64,000 nt of DNA from contig CM076001.1 of the NCBI GenBank assembly GCA_038087875.1, positions 1-64,000 on the forward strand, given 5' to 3'. The notes beneath the pieces were generated by a model. It did not search any database. It worked only from the letters and a program-made list of their open reading frames with translations, and was not told the origin of the DNA. The stretch is from Malacoraja senta (Eukaryota). Each line of letters opens with the position of its first letter. Within the stretch, counting starts at the first letter, position 1. Positions 12,762 to 25,900 of this stretch are shown here, in pieces. The position numbers and the translations under genes are program-made.

Positions 12762-13595
12762 CATAGAAACATAGAAACATAGAAAATAGGTGCAGGAGGA
12801 GGCTATTCGGCCCTTCGAGCCAGCACCGCCATTCATTATGATCATGGCTGATCATCCCCAATCAATAACCCATGCCTGCCTTCTCCCCATATCCCTTGAT
12901 TCCACTAGCCCCTAGAGCTCTATCAAACTCTCTCTTAAATCCATCCAGTGATTTGGCCTCCACTGTCCTCTGTGGCAGGGAATTCCACAAATTCACAACT
13001 CTCTGGGTGAAATTTTTTTTTCTCACCTCAGTCTTAAATGGCTTTCCCTTTATTCTAAGACTGCGGCCCCTGGTTCTGGGCTCGCCCAACATTGGGAACA
13101 TTTTTCCTGCATCTAGCTTGTCCAGTCCTTTTATAATTTTATATGTTTCTATAAGATAACCCCTCATCCTTCTAAACTCCAGTGAATACAAGCCTAGTCT
13201 TTTCAATCTTTCCTCATACGACAGTCCCGCCATCCCAGGGATTAATCTCGTGAAAACACGCTGCACTGCCTCAATCACAAGGATGTCCTTCCTCAAATTC
13301 GGAGACCAAAACTGGACACAATACTCCAGATGTGGTCTCACCAGAGCCCTATACATCTGTAGAAGAACCTTTTTACTCCTACACTGAAATCCTCTTGTTA
13401 TGAAGGCCAACATTCCTTTAGCTTTCTTTACTGCCTGCTGTACCTGCACTCCAACTTTCAGTGACTGGTGTACAAGGACGCCCAGGTCTTGCTGCACCTC
13501 CCCCTTGCCTAACCTAACCCCATTGAGATAATAATCTGCCCCTTATTTTTGCCACCAAAGTGGATAACCACACATTTATCTATGTTATACTGCAT
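12762..13595 (-). mobile_element. CR1 LINE 3' fragment with CAGTA duplication
   Basis: 211-aa ORF with LVRPHLEYCVQFWSP; (TTTCTATG)n tail; cagta at 12757-12761 and 13596-13600. Confidence 0.92.
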
Positions 13596-15021
13596 CAGTA
13601 GATGAGGTTGGAGGAAGTGGAAGTGAACCTTTGCCTAACCTGAAAGGACTGTCGGGTTCCCTGGACAGTCGAGGGAGGAGGTATGGGGACAGGTGTTGTA
13701 TCTTCTGCCGTTGCAGGGGAAGGTATCTGGGGACGAGGTGGTTTGGGTGGGAAGGGATGAGTTAACCAGGGAGTTGTGGAGGGAACGATCTCTGCAGAAG
13801 GCGGAAAGTGTTGGAGATGGGCAGATGTGAGTAGTGGTGCAATCCCGTTGGAGGTGGCAAAAATGTCGGAGGAATGGAATGAATGCAGGATTAGTGTAAA
13901 TGGCTGCTTCATTGTCAGAACAGGCTCGGTTGGCCAAAGGGCTCATTCATGTGCTTTAGAATTCCACTCCAGAACTAGTTAAGCAAATAATGCTTTATTC
14001 GTAAACGCGTATTTTCAGTGACTATCCCTGACTACATCTCCTCACTGGGGTACTACTTTGATGACTTTGTCCGCTTGCTCAACGTAGTACTCTGTCACCA
14101 GGAAGTGACCCTGGAATATTGTTTAAGGAACTCATGAAATATCATGGCATCATGGAAACGTCCTGCTAATTATTGTTTTCTGGCCTCACTGAGCTGATAA
14201 CGCAATGCTTCTCAATGTAGACTACCACTAAGAGCATTGAACCTACTCTGTATTCCCATCACCAAGAGCATCTCAAGTTGCTCCATCAATGAGGAAGCCA
14301 CCTAGGAATGACAAAGTAGATGGACTGGCCTGAGGGAGATGGTTACCTGTTAATTCTGCTTTATGAAGTCTTCACTAATCTACCTTTACAGGATCATCAA
14401 CCCATTATCTCCTCACAATCCTTGATGAAACAAAATTCCATCCTTTCATTGTGGACATGCTTTTGTCTTTTGAGGCACTACCATAGGGTTGAATGGGATT
14501 GATTCAGGACTGATGTGACATCTGAAAAGAAGGTTTCATCATGCACCTTAGGCCATCAGTAAAGCCAAGACAGTATTATATCTGAAGAAGGGTCTCAACC
14601 CGAAACATCACCCATTCCTTCTCTCCAGAGATGCTGAGTTACTCCAGGCTATCTTCCGTATTACATATCACATATATTGTATATAATTGATCATCTCATA
14701 CCCCGGCATATCATGCACTCTACTATTACTACCAAGTTAGGGAACCAATCTTGGTTCAATGAGAAATATATCAAAACAAGTGCCAACCTGGTGAAGCTAC
14801 ATCAGTGGCCACATGTATGTTAAACAACAAAACCAACATGCAATTGGAAAAAATAAGCTATCCTTCAGCAACCCATTAGAACAAGGGTCCAAAGCCATGT
14901 CACATCCATGCTTGACTGGTGGTGGACAACTAGACAACAAATAAGAGGAAGAGATTCCAAAATATCTCAATCCTGAACGATGAAACAGAGGGCCAAAAAT
15001 AAGGTGAAAACATTTACAACC

Positions 15022-15733
15022 GAAGATAGACACAAAATGCTGGAGTAACTCAGCAGGACAGGTAGCATCTCTGGAGAGAAGGAATGGATGACGTTTCGGG
15101 TCGAGACCCTTCTTCAGACTAGTTAGGGGAAAGGCAAACGAGAGATATAAACAGTGATGTAGAGAGATATAGAACAAATGGAATGAAAGATATGCAAAAA
15201 AGTTACGATGATAAAGGAAACAGACCATTGTTAGCTGTTTGCTAGGTGAGAACGGGAACCTGGTGTGACATGGATGGGGGAGGGATGGAGAGAGAGGGGT
15301 TACTTGAAGCTAGACAAATCAATATTCATACCACTGGGTTGTAAGCGAAATTATGAGATGGTGTTCCTCCAATTTGCGATTAGCCTCACTCTGACAATGG
15401 AGGAGGCCTAGGACAGAAAGGTCAGTGTGGGAATGGGAAGGGCATTTAGATTAACATCTATTACAAACCCACTGACTCTCACAACTATCTTGAATACATT
15501 TCTTCCCACCCTGCTTCCTGCAAAGACTCTATCCCCCTACTCCAAATTCCTCCATCTACGCCGCATCTGTGAGGTCTTCCACACCAGGACATCCGTTATG
15601 TCCGCATTCTTTAGGGAACTTTAGGTCTTGACCCAAAACGTCACTCATTCCTTCTCTCCAGAGATGCTGCCTGTTACTCCGGCATTTTGTGTCTATCTTC
15701 GGTTTAAATCAGCATCTGCAGTTCCTTCCTCAA
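15022..15733. mobile_element. Inverted Penelope insertion: minus terminal repeat/GIY-YIG part joined to plus RT part and plus terminal repeat
   Basis: Strand switch near 15445 (plus-strand YYKPTDSHNYL); the two ends are inverted copies of the same repeat. Confidence 0.75.
15089..15119 (-). ncRNA. Minimal hammerhead ribozyme motif, family 1 (GUC)
   Basis: GU-CUGAAGA-A-GGGUC-UC-GACCC-GAAAC-GUC-A on the minus strand; core intact. Confidence 0.72.
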
Positions 15734-16283
15734 CATTTACAAACTCTTCAGTTAAAGATGCCGAATGGATAATCCATCTGGGTTTCCACTCAAACATTTT
15801 GTAAGTCAGTCTTCAGTTAATTTCATTTACTCTACAATGGATGAAGAAATGGTTGGGAACACATTATGCCAACGTTGAAAATGTGCACCCGAATGAGACA
15901 TATCTGTAGCCAAAATATTCCAATGTGATTACAACACCAGAATCACTCCAGCAATGAGACAAGTTCAATCATTTCAAGACACAGTAACAACTAACCTGCT
16001 CAACTTGTGTTTCTCCGGGACTACCCTGCTCCTCAATACAGCCCTGAAACAAACATGCATAGAACAGCCGAGCTTCAAGTCCAATGTAAATGTCACTGCT
16101 GTTGATATCATGCTGACACGGAGACTTTGTAAAAACCTGCCTGTGGTACTCATTATTAGAGTGTGTAACTATTGGAAAGATTTTATAAGATCCTGAGGGG
16201 TAACATTTGTGGGAGGTGGGTGTATGGAATGAGCTGGCGGAGGAGATCGTTGCGGCAGGTACTATCACAACGTTTAAAAAGTA

Positions 16284-18198
16284 ATAAATACAAGGAAAGT
16301 GGCCTGCAAAAACAAAGATTCTGGAGCACTTAGAAAAAGAACTGAAAATAAGCTTGAGGGAAGCAAAATTGGCACACAGACTGCATCTGGAAGAAGCTTT
16401 CAGAGCCAATAACTCTAAAAAGGTGTGGGATACAATGAAATCTATGACAGGAATGTCAACCCCATTTAAATCTATTGTGACAGATAACGAACCATTTCTT
16501 TCCAATGAACTCAACACTTTTTTTGCCAGATTTGAATCCCTAGATAATTCTACCAAGTGCACCGACATCGTTAAATCTGTTATACCTGCTGTCTCCGACA
16601 GAATTGTCATCACTGTTGAAGATGTCAGGAAAACAGTTCAGTGTACAAATACAAAGAAAGCTGCTGGGCCGGATGGATGCAGCGCTTTCCTCTTGAGGAA
16701 CTTTACAACACAGCTGGCTCCAGTGTGGCAACAAACCTTTCAGGCCTCTGTAGACACACACACTGCCCCTCTGTTATGGAAAACTTTGCATATAAAACCT
16801 TTGCCCAAGAATACATGTCCCAAAGAATATAAGGATTTCAGACCCATAGCCCTTACATCGGTGATTATGAAATCTCTCGAAATAATTTTGCTCCGACATT
16901 TCATCAGTACAACAAAGAATAAACTTGACCCATATCAATTTGCCTATAAGCAGGGCTGTGGCACAGAAGATGCTGTTGCCTCCTTAGTCCATATTATCTC
17001 TAAACACTTAGACAAACCCAACACCTATGCAAGAGCCCTCTTTCTAGATTTTTCGTCAGCTTTCAACACAATTCAATCAGACATTTTGGTGTCAAAAATG
17101 GTCCAGCAGGAACTAAATCCCTATCTGATTCACTGGTATGCTTCCTTTCTCACTAAGAGTACAGATAGTAAAGGTGAATAAAACCCTTTAATCTGCCATC
17201 ACAACCAACGTCGGAGCACCCCAGGGTTGTGTGAGTTCAGCTATGCTGTTTACCTTTTATACTGATGATTCTCGTACAGATACACCGTATCAATATATTC
17301 GAAAGTACTCAGATGATACAGTTCTATTATCTCTGTTAAGTAACTCAGACAACCCCGGGCTGCACCAACTCGGCGTGAACAAATTGGTCGAGTGGACTGA
17401 AAATAATGCCCTTGAGATTAACATAAAGAAAACAGAAGAGATTGCATTTGGCTCTCCATCTGACTCTCATAAATTTTCACTTGTTACCAATAATGAAAAA
17501 ATCAAGCAGGTGTCTTCATTTAAATACTTGGTGGTAACGATAGACTATCAGTTATCATGGAATAACCACATTGATAAGATTTGCAATGACAAAACAAAGA
17601 ATCTGCTTTCTCCGCCGACTAAGATCATTCGGAGCAAGTAAACAAATCCTTTTATTATTTGTTACTGCCGTGATAATGAGTGTTTTGCAGTATTGCAACA
17701 CTACATGATACAAGAGTTTGTCTACTACTTCTAAATCAAAACTGCTCCAACAAATAAACATTTGCTCAAAGATTGTAGGTCAATCACTACAAAAATTGTA
17801 TCTATCATCCTACCTTAAAAACATACTAAGGATGGCCAATACCATTTCCTCTGACACCAACCACGTTCTGAATAGTGAGTACAATTTGTTACCATCAAAC
17901 CAGAGATAGAGGGTTCCAAAATGTAATAATATTAGAATGAGGGGCTTGTTTGTGCACCTTGAACTAAACACAGCGCTTAATCCCAGATCAAACGTACGCT
18001 GACGGGCCATAAACGTGGTCTTCTGTTATTGTAATGTCTTGTCGAATATGGGTATTTTGGGATCCTGTCTTGATATCTTGATGCATGTCTTCTTTTGCCC
18101 CTCTTGTCTTTTTTGTGATGCTGTAAATGGAGCTTCTGTGATGCAAAACAAATTTCAGACTTGCTCTGACAATAAAGTATTATCGTATCGTATCGTAT
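16284..18198 (+). mobile_element. Rex1/Babar-clade LINE, 5'-truncated RT
   Basis: KKAAGPDG, DFRPIALTSVIMKSLE, LDPYQFAY, LFLDFSSAFNTI, GAPQG, KYSDDT; aataaa then (TATCG)n tail. Inserted into a CR1 3' fragment. Confidence 0.9.
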
Positions 18199-18934
18199 TT
18201 AGATAGGTACATGGATAGGACAGGTTTAGAGGGATATGGGCCAAATGCAGGCAGGTGAGACTGGTGTAGATGGGGCACGTTGGCCGGCGTGGGCTAGGGC
18301 TGAGGGGCCAGTTTCTGCGCTGTATGACTCCATGACTCTATTGGGAGTCAATTACCTCACCTCGGGACAGAAGTTCCTCGTGGCATTCTCCAAGCAGCAA
18401 CCATATTCAACTGCCTCGCCAATGAACTACATTCCATCTTGGGATGTAAAGTACAATTTTGAAGCGGACAGCTGATGCTGAAATCACTTCACAACACCTC
18501 AGATAATAAAACAACTGAGCCTACTAAGACCTGAGCAACTTACAGACAGGGGTTAGGAAATGCAAATAACGTGTAACACAGATGATTCCTACAGAGACTA
18601 CAAGCATTTCTCCATGTAATTCAATGGCATTACAATGACTGCCTTCCCCATTATTACCAGAAAGATCGACTGGATCAGCTACATAAATGCAGTGGACATT
18701 CCAGTTGCTCAGAGGCCAAGTACCCTATAGCAGATGACTCAACTCCTGATTCTCCATGATTTACAGTACAACACTCATGAAACTCAAGCTGGGTGGAGTA
18801 CATGCCCCAGTCTAATCAATGATATTGAAGTTGAGATAATCAAGAGCTTCAAGTTCCTTGGCGTAAATATCACCTGTAATTTGTCCTGATACAATCACAT
18901 TGACGCTATGGCCAAGAAAGGATATCAACAACTA

Positions 18935-19148
18935 AAGATAAACACAAAATGCTGGAGTAACTCAGCGGGACAGGCAGCATCTCTGGAGAGAAGGAATGGG
19001 TGACATTTTGGATTGAGACCCTTCTTCAGATTCCCCAAAACGTCACCCATTCCTTCTCTCCAGAGATGCTGCCTGTCCTGCTGAGTTACTTCAGCTTTTT
19101 GTGTCTATCTTCGATGTCAACCAGCATCTGCAGTTCCTTCTTACACAT
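18935..19148. mobile_element. Fold-back (about 200-bp palindrome) of Penelope-derived repeats
   Basis: acacaaaatgctggagtaactcagc...gggtgac mirrored by gtcaccc...gctgagttacttcagctttttgtgt. Confidence 0.85.
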
Positions 19149-19320
19149 CAATGACTCTACTTCCTCAGAAGTTCAAGTAAATTCCACACGTCTCCAATTA
19201 CTCTTACCATTTCTGTTGATGCACCATATATAGCACACTATCGGAATGAATCACCGCTTGGTATGGTAACTGCTCTGTCCAAGACTACAAGAAACTGCAG
19301 AAACTGTGAACACAGACCAG

Positions 19321-19613
19321 TTTAGTTTAGTTTAGTTTCGAGATACATCGCGGAAACAGGCCCTTCGGCCCACCGAGTCCACGCCGACCAGCGATCCCCG
19401 CACATTAACACTATCCTACACCCACCAAGCCAATTAACCTCCAAACCTGTACGTCTTTGGAGTGTGGGAGCAAACCGAAGATCTCGGAGAAAACCCACGC
19501 AGGTCACGGGGAGAACGTACAAACTCCATACAGACAGCACCCGTAGTCTGGATCGAACCTGGATCACCGGCACTGCATTTGCTGTAATGTAGCAACTCTA
19601 CCGCTGTGCCACC
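19321..19613 (-). mobile_element. tRNA-derived V-SINE (HE1-like)
   Basis: Pol III A/B box head (ggtggcacagcggtag...ggttcgatcc), V-domain, CR1-like tail, (CTAAA)n. Confidence 0.85.
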
Positions 19614-20476
19614 ATAGTTCATTAAGCAAAGCAGTGTCATCCTCACCCTACTGACTCCATCTATACTTCACACTGCCAACACCAAGGACCACACTCTAAC
19701 TTCAATTAACCCTTGCTTTCCCTCTTTCGCCATCACTCCCCCATCCTAATTCTCCAACTAGTTTGACTGTCCTCTTGATTACATTTTACTTTGCATGCCT
19801 CGTAGTCACCTTCCTCAAGCTAACATTGATCTCTTCTACATTTTCCTTTGATCTCTCATTTTGTACACTTCCATATCACTCATTTCCCTCTCCCCTTACT
19901 CTAAGTCTGAAGATTTTATTTTCACATTTTCACTCCGCGATATATTCATCGATGGTACGACTTGCCTGGACAAATCTTTTCACTGCATCCCAGTAAATGT
20001 GACATAATAAACTAATTTCAATACCAAACCTTTCTGGGACAAAGCAGACAGTTTGATGGTATAGAAAACGCTACTACAAAGATTCACTCCATCCAAAATA
20101 CCACAGCATGACTGCTGTGACTGTCTAAGTTTCTTTCATTGATATTATCCCCAAAATACAAAACATTTACTGCAGAAGGGTCTCGACCTGAAACATCACC
20201 CATCCCTTCTCTCCAGAGATGCTGCCTGTCCTGCTGAGTTACTCCAGCATTTTGTGTCTGCCTTCGGTTTAAACCAGCATCTGCAGTTCCTTCCTACACA
20301 TTTTCTAACATGAAAGATAAAGTACAGCACACAACAAAAGCTTCATTGTACCTCGGTACATGTGACAATAAACTAAATTTAACTAAATTAACTAAACTAA
20401 GTGCAGCAAATGGGTAGAATCACCACCACTTGCTGGTTCCCCCCTCCTTCACCACGCTGCTTGCTATACTGACTTA

Positions 20477-20757
20477 TGGGCCTGTCCCACTTAGGTGATT
20501 CTTTAGGCGACTGCCAGTGACTAGGACAATGGAATTCACCGAAGTCCGAAGTCAGCACCGGCGACAACCTATGTCACCTGGCGACAACCTACGGTAACCT
20601 GGCGACAACCTACGACAGCACCTACGACAGCACCTATGACAACCTACGACAACCCAAATTCTCGCCACTGTCGCAGGAAATTTTTCAACATGTTGAAATT
20701 TTTTTGGCATTCGCCTGTAGTCACCTAAAAAAAAATTGCCTAAGTGGAACAAGCCCA
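20477..20757. mobile_element. Harbinger-type MITE
   Basis: TIR TGGGCCTGTCCCACTTAGG / CCTAAGTGGAACAAGCCCA; TTA and TAA flanks; internal cgacaaccta repeats. Confidence 0.85.
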
Positions 20758-20765
20758 TAAGAACT

Positions 20766-21012
20766 AACTCTTCACACAGAGAGTGGTGAATCTGTGGAAT
20801 TCTCTGCCACAGAAGGTAGTTGAGGCCAGTTCATTGGCTATATTTAAGAGGGAGTTAGATGTGGCCCTTGTGGCTAAAGGGATCAGGGGGTATGGAGAGA
20901 AAGCAGGTACAGGATACTGAGTTGGATGATCAGCCATGATCATATTGAATGGCGGTGCAGGCTCGAAGGGCCGAATGGCCTACTCCTGCACCTATTTTCT
21001 ATGTTTCTATAT
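20766..21012 (+). mobile_element. CR1 3' end
   Basis: cacagagagtggtgaatctgtggaattc...ctcctgcacctattttctatgtttctat. Confidence 0.85.
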
Positions 21013-22086
21013 CGGTTATTCCTTTATTAGAACTCGATGCAAATCGAGGAACATCTTTCCCAACTGCACCATGGGAGCACAAGAACAGGAGTCACGTTGG
21101 AGAAGTTTGAGTTGGTATAGTCCTACATTAATGAGACTCTTAGCCGGTCCTTGTGAATCTGCGAAACAACACAATCCCAATTTTGGCACAAGTCTCCAAA
21201 TGTTTGGGAGTTAAATTGGAAGCATTATCCTGCAGATTAAATTTTAAATTAAAACAGTGTCCTCCTTTCAGTGAGTTGGAAAATAATGTGTTTGAAGAGC
21301 AGAACGATCACTGTGGAATGCAGCTGATATTTATGTCTAGCGGTGATACAGGGACGGATTATCTGCTCCATTATTACATTGCCAGCCATGGAAACTTCAT
21401 TCTCAAACTGACTGTCACCTTTCAAATATTGCAACAGTTCAGAAGTTGGATAAAGTACTCTTGGACATTCTGAGAACATGACATACACCTTTTTCTGTTT
21501 AGTACAAAACATTAAACACATAGGTATGGTTAGATTTTTGATTAAAACAAATGATAATTATTCTGTTAAACCTATTCCAAGTTATTAAACCTATTCAATA
21601 TCACTGTTCTCTCCAGAGAATATCATGTTGACCAATGTTAATTGTAATCCAAGTATGTATTTTTGAATATATTATTTTGCATCATATGTTACAAAGGCTT
21701 GATCACTGCACATGTAAAGCACAATTAAACATTTAAGCTTTTAATTGAAAATCTAAATTATTTTGTGATACATTTGGTAGCTCTACTGATATAAATCACC
21801 ACCCAGCACATGCAATGCAAGACATAATACACTAGACAGTGGCATTAAAATCTGCAGAATACATTGCCAATGTAAACTGAGTAGAGGCATTAGATAAACG
21901 TAGATAAAGGCATTTTAACTATTTAAAGACTGACAGCATCAGAAATGAGGAAGAGGGTGGGATTTCTGTCTTACATGTGCGAGAGGCTTGACTGGAACAC
22001 TGATAGTTGGACGATACTGATGAAAATCAGTTTGGATCACACAAACTTTCTTCTCCATCCTTCCACACAGCAGCCTCTCATCTCAC

Positions 22087-22157
22087 CATCACTGAGGCAC
22101 AAGGAGGAAGTGTGCGAGACAGCATAACCAGCTTGGTGTTATCTGACCCTCCAGAAA

Positions 22158-22249
<92 letters not shown>

Positions 22250-22350
22250 TGGTAGGGGGAGGGGTGGAGGAGTGAATCACAAGGAAAAGGAAAGTTTCAG
22301 CTGAGCCCTGAAGACAGAAATATGTGGAGAAAACGTCCCCCTGCTTTATA
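22087..22350 (-). promoter_or_regulatory. Candidate TATA promoter and first exon ending ATG|GTGAGA
   Basis: Minus-strand TATAAA at 22345-22350 in non-TE sequence, a pyrimidine-rich leader with (CT)n, then ATG directly followed by a GTGAGA donor at 22086. Confidence 0.25.
22161..22249. repeat. (GA)n microsatellite
   Basis: Directly visible. Confidence 0.95.
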
Positions 22351-22529
22351 GCTTTTAAATAAACCACGCCTGCAAGGAGTTAGCCAGCATGGGCAGTCAA
22401 TTACTCTTATCTGATCAATAAACATGGGTTCCGTTTCAGTTCCGCAGAGAAGCAGGCTTTGCAATCACACCTTTCGTGCTGCAGGTATCAATGTTTCTAA
22501 ACACTGGAGAAACAATGAATTACAGGTAA

Positions 22530-22735
22530 ATACAAAAAGCTGGAGTAACTCAGCGGGACAGGCAGCAGCTCTGGAGAGAAATAATATGTGACGTGATTCC
22601 AATTTAACTCTGATTATCTGAACCGAAACATCACCCATTCCTTCTCTCCAGAGATGCTGCCCATCCCGCTGAGTTAGTCCAGCATTTCGTGTCTATCTTC
22701 AGTTTAAACCAGCATCTGTAGTTCCTTCCTACACA
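22530..22735. mobile_element. Fold-back pair of Penelope-derived repeats
   Basis: Inverted arms around a spacer of about 30 bp. Confidence 0.7.
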
Positions 22736-23639
22736 CTGATATAACCTCTGCAACTCTAATCCCAGCCATCACAAGAGTAGGGAGGGGAGGTTTGCAATAA
22801 CTGTCCTGATCAGCTCCACTGTTTTTCTAAGGGTTACAGTATAAACAAGGCTGTAGAAAGGAGTGCTTGGTCCAGCAAAATGGATAACCCAGAAAAGACA
22901 GACACAAAATGCTGGAGTAACTCAGTGGGACAGGATAGAAGGAAAGGGCTTCAGGTCAAGATCAGTCTAAGTGTACTGGAAGGGTCTGCCTAGGCCAATG
23001 GGACACCCGCAAAGTTGGCCTCAGAAGTTGGGGGTTGGAATGGATCTGCCGTCTCTGGCCAGGGACAAAGTTGACCCGCTGGTCGGTGCAGAGGTCCCGA
23101 TGAGGTTGAGATAGGCTGCCTCACCCGGCCTAGGTGCCATGTTTACGGGGGGACCTCAGGGGAGATTTCAAGGGCACTCTCCTAATTGTGTCTGGATTAA
23201 AGGAGGTGCCGGACACCAGTTGCCAGAAAATCAGTGGTGGACCTGTATCTATACTGGAGTGATCAATACAACAATAAATACAATGACAGTGTCAAACAAC
23301 ACAATGGTGTAAGTACAGGAATGCACTACCGAATAAGGTGCATGGACGCACCTCTGGAAAGGGTGTGTGAAAAAGGTCATTAATTCAGGGGATTAGTAGC
23401 AGTGGGGAAGAAGCTATTCTTAAGCGTGGAGCTCTAAGTTTCAAGCTCCTGGATGGTAGAACAGAGAGAAGGGAAAAGGGCAGCAGGCATTTTTGACCAC
23501 ACTGAGGCAACACACTGTGAAGATGGACTGGAGGTGACGAGTGTGTGATGGACTGGGCTGCATTCACCACTTTCTGTTGGTTCAAGTGGCATAACGGGGA
23601 GAGCTGGTGCTGCTCGATGGTGTTCTACGCTGCTCTACG

Positions 23640-24285
23640 CTGCTGCTTCACAGTGCCAGAGACCCGGGTTTCATCCTGACTTTAGGTGCTGTCCAAATGG
23701 AGTTTGCACATTCTTCCTGTCACTGCATGGGCTTCCTCCATGTGACCTGGTTTCCTTCCGCATCCTAAAGATATGTAAAGAGAATGGACTCAGTGGCTGA
23801 AGGGCCTGTTTCCATGCTATATCTTTCTATCAATTGAATTCGTTAAGAGCTATGTGGTTGCTACACCTGGCTAAAGTTCAGCCCATCAGAATACTTTCTA
23901 GACCACATATATGGAAGTCCAAGAGAAACATCGTGGACATGCCAATTCTTCTTAGACACTTAAGTTATTAAAGATGCCAATGCACTTTAGTTTTAGAGAT
24001 ACAGCATGGAGTCCAGCCCTTTGGCCCACCAGGTCCATGCCAACTATAGATCATCCATTCACTCTATGTTATCCCACTTTCTCATGCACTCCTGCCACAT
24101 TAGGGGCAATTCATATATACCAATTAACCTACAAACTCGCTGTATTTGGATGTGGGAGGAAACCAGAGCACACAGAGGAAATCCATGAATTCACAGGGAA
24201 AACATGCAAACTCCACACAGACAGCAACCAAGGTCAAGATCAGATCCAGGTCTCTGGCACTATTAGACAACAGCGGTATCCCTCT
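23640..24285. mobile_element. Two decayed V-SINE copies (about 23640-23830 plus, 23985-24285 minus)
   Basis: cagagacccgggtt, V-domain and gaagggcctgtttcc tail motifs. Confidence 0.65.
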
Positions 24286-25089
24286 TGATTAGCATATCTG
24301 TGTAATGGGATTAGGTTAGGTTGCTGGGGATGTGGTGGTAAGGAATATAAAGCTATTGTCCATCCCTACAGCAGCTCATTGATGAGGACAGGACTATGTT
24401 CATCCCTCACTTCCTTAGGACAATAACCAACACTTTTGCCTTGCTGATACTGAAGAAGGGTTTCGGCCAGAAACGTTACCTATTTCCTTTGCTCCATAGA
24501 TGCTGCTGCACCCGCTGAGTTTCTCCAGCATTTTTGTGTACCTGAGGGCTAGATTGTTGTCCTAACACCATGATACAATGTTCAGAGACCTAGTTGGTAT
24601 TCCACACACAAACATGGGTGTACATGGATTGGAGCCAGGGACTGAGCACACAATCCTGAGGTGAGAGGCTCCAGTGTTGAGGGTCAGGGTGGAGGAAATG
24701 CTAACTGTCTGAGATCTGAAGGTCAGGAATTCTGAAGCCAAATACAGATGGTGGCCCCACAACCAAGGCCCAGAGGTTTATGCGTTATGGTGTTGAAGGC
24801 TGAGCTGTCGACTGCAAACAGCTTCCTGACAATGGAGCTCTTATTGTCGAGACGATCCAGAGCTAAATGTAACGCAAGGGACATGGTGTTCTCCACAGGC
24901 TATTTTTTCTGTCCGCAGATTGCAACACATTGTCGAGAGGGCTAGTACAAATGTGCACCATTACCATTCTGTCAAAGCACTTCATCACAGCTGATGTTGG
25001 AGCTAATGGGCAGAAATCTGAGATTGGTCAGTTTACTTTCTTTGGTAGAGGAATGATGGAGGTTTCCTTGAAGCAAATAAGGACAGAAG

Positions 25090-25900
25090 ATTTGTAGGAA
25101 GGAACTGCAGATGCTGGTTAATATTGAAGATCGACACAAAATGCTGGAATAACTCAGCGGGTCAGGCAGCATCTCTGGAGCAAAAGTAATAGGTGACATT
25201 TCGGGTTGAGATCCTTCTTCAGACTGATTCAGGGTAAAGGGAAACAAGAGGTCTAGAAGGTACAGAACAAATAAATGAAAGATATGCAAAAAGCAGTGAT
25301 GCTCAAGGAAAGGTGGAACCCACAATGGTTCATTGTTGGCTATGAGGTTGGTGATAATAAGGTTGGAGGAGGTGCAAGTGAACCTCTGCCTCACCTGAAT
25401 GGACTGACAGGGTCCCTGGACAGAGTCGAGGGAGGAGGTGTAGGGACAGGTGTTGTATCTCCTGCGATTGCAGGAGAAGGTACCTGGGGAGGGGGTGGTT
25501 TGGATGGGAAGGGATGAGTTAACCAGGGAGTTGCGCAGGGAACGATCTCTGCAGAAAACGGAAAGGCGTGGGAGATAGGAAGATGTGACTAGTGGTGGGA
25601 TCACGTTGGAGGTGGAGAAAATATCGGAGGATTACTGTATGTGTTGTATGCAACGGTCGTGGGATGAAAGGTGAGGACAAGGGGCGGGGGAACAAGAGCG
25701 GAGCTGCGGGATATTGAGGAGACCCTTGTGATGGCCTCATCTATAATGGAGGAGGGGAACCCCCGCTCCCTAAAGAATGAAGAAATCTCAGATGTCCTGG
25801 TATCATCTCATCTCATCTCGGGCGCAGATGCAGCGCAGACAGAGGAATTGGGAGTAGGGCATAGAGTCTGCAGGAGGCAGGGTGGGAAGAAGATTGTCAA
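25090..25900 (-). mobile_element. Penelope-like fragment with terminal repeat
   Basis: FCRDRSLRNSLV...CNRRRYNTCP...RQRFTCTSSNLI; degenerate hammerhead at 25192-25223. Confidence 0.85.

Larger units (their letters stand above)
12130..13880 (-). mobile_element. Penelope-like element (GIY-YIG end plus terminal repeat) split by a CR1 insertion
   Basis: RQRFTSTSSNLIY (13596-13640) continues as YCICCLRCGLLYIGETKGRLGDCFAEH (below 12761). Confidence 0.85.
14300..18780 (+). mobile_element. Highly decayed old LINE fragments (about 14300-15020, 15735-16130, 18360-18780) interrupted by younger elements
   Basis: Remnants such as YHRVEWD and accaagttagggaaccaatcttggttcaatgag (PWFN-like) appear collinear across the later insertions. 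Confidence 0.4.

Noticed and set aside
19540-19613. tRNA-like sequences here and at other SINE heads
   Set aside because: They are tRNA-derived V-SINE heads with no complete cloverleaf.
21153-21521. ORFs of 90-106 aa in unique sequence
   Set aside because: No recognisable motifs, and splicing to the candidate ATG exon hits an early stop.
23195-23247. Possible hAT-like end (CAGGTCCACCACTG on the minus strand)
   Set aside because: No partner TIR or TSD found.
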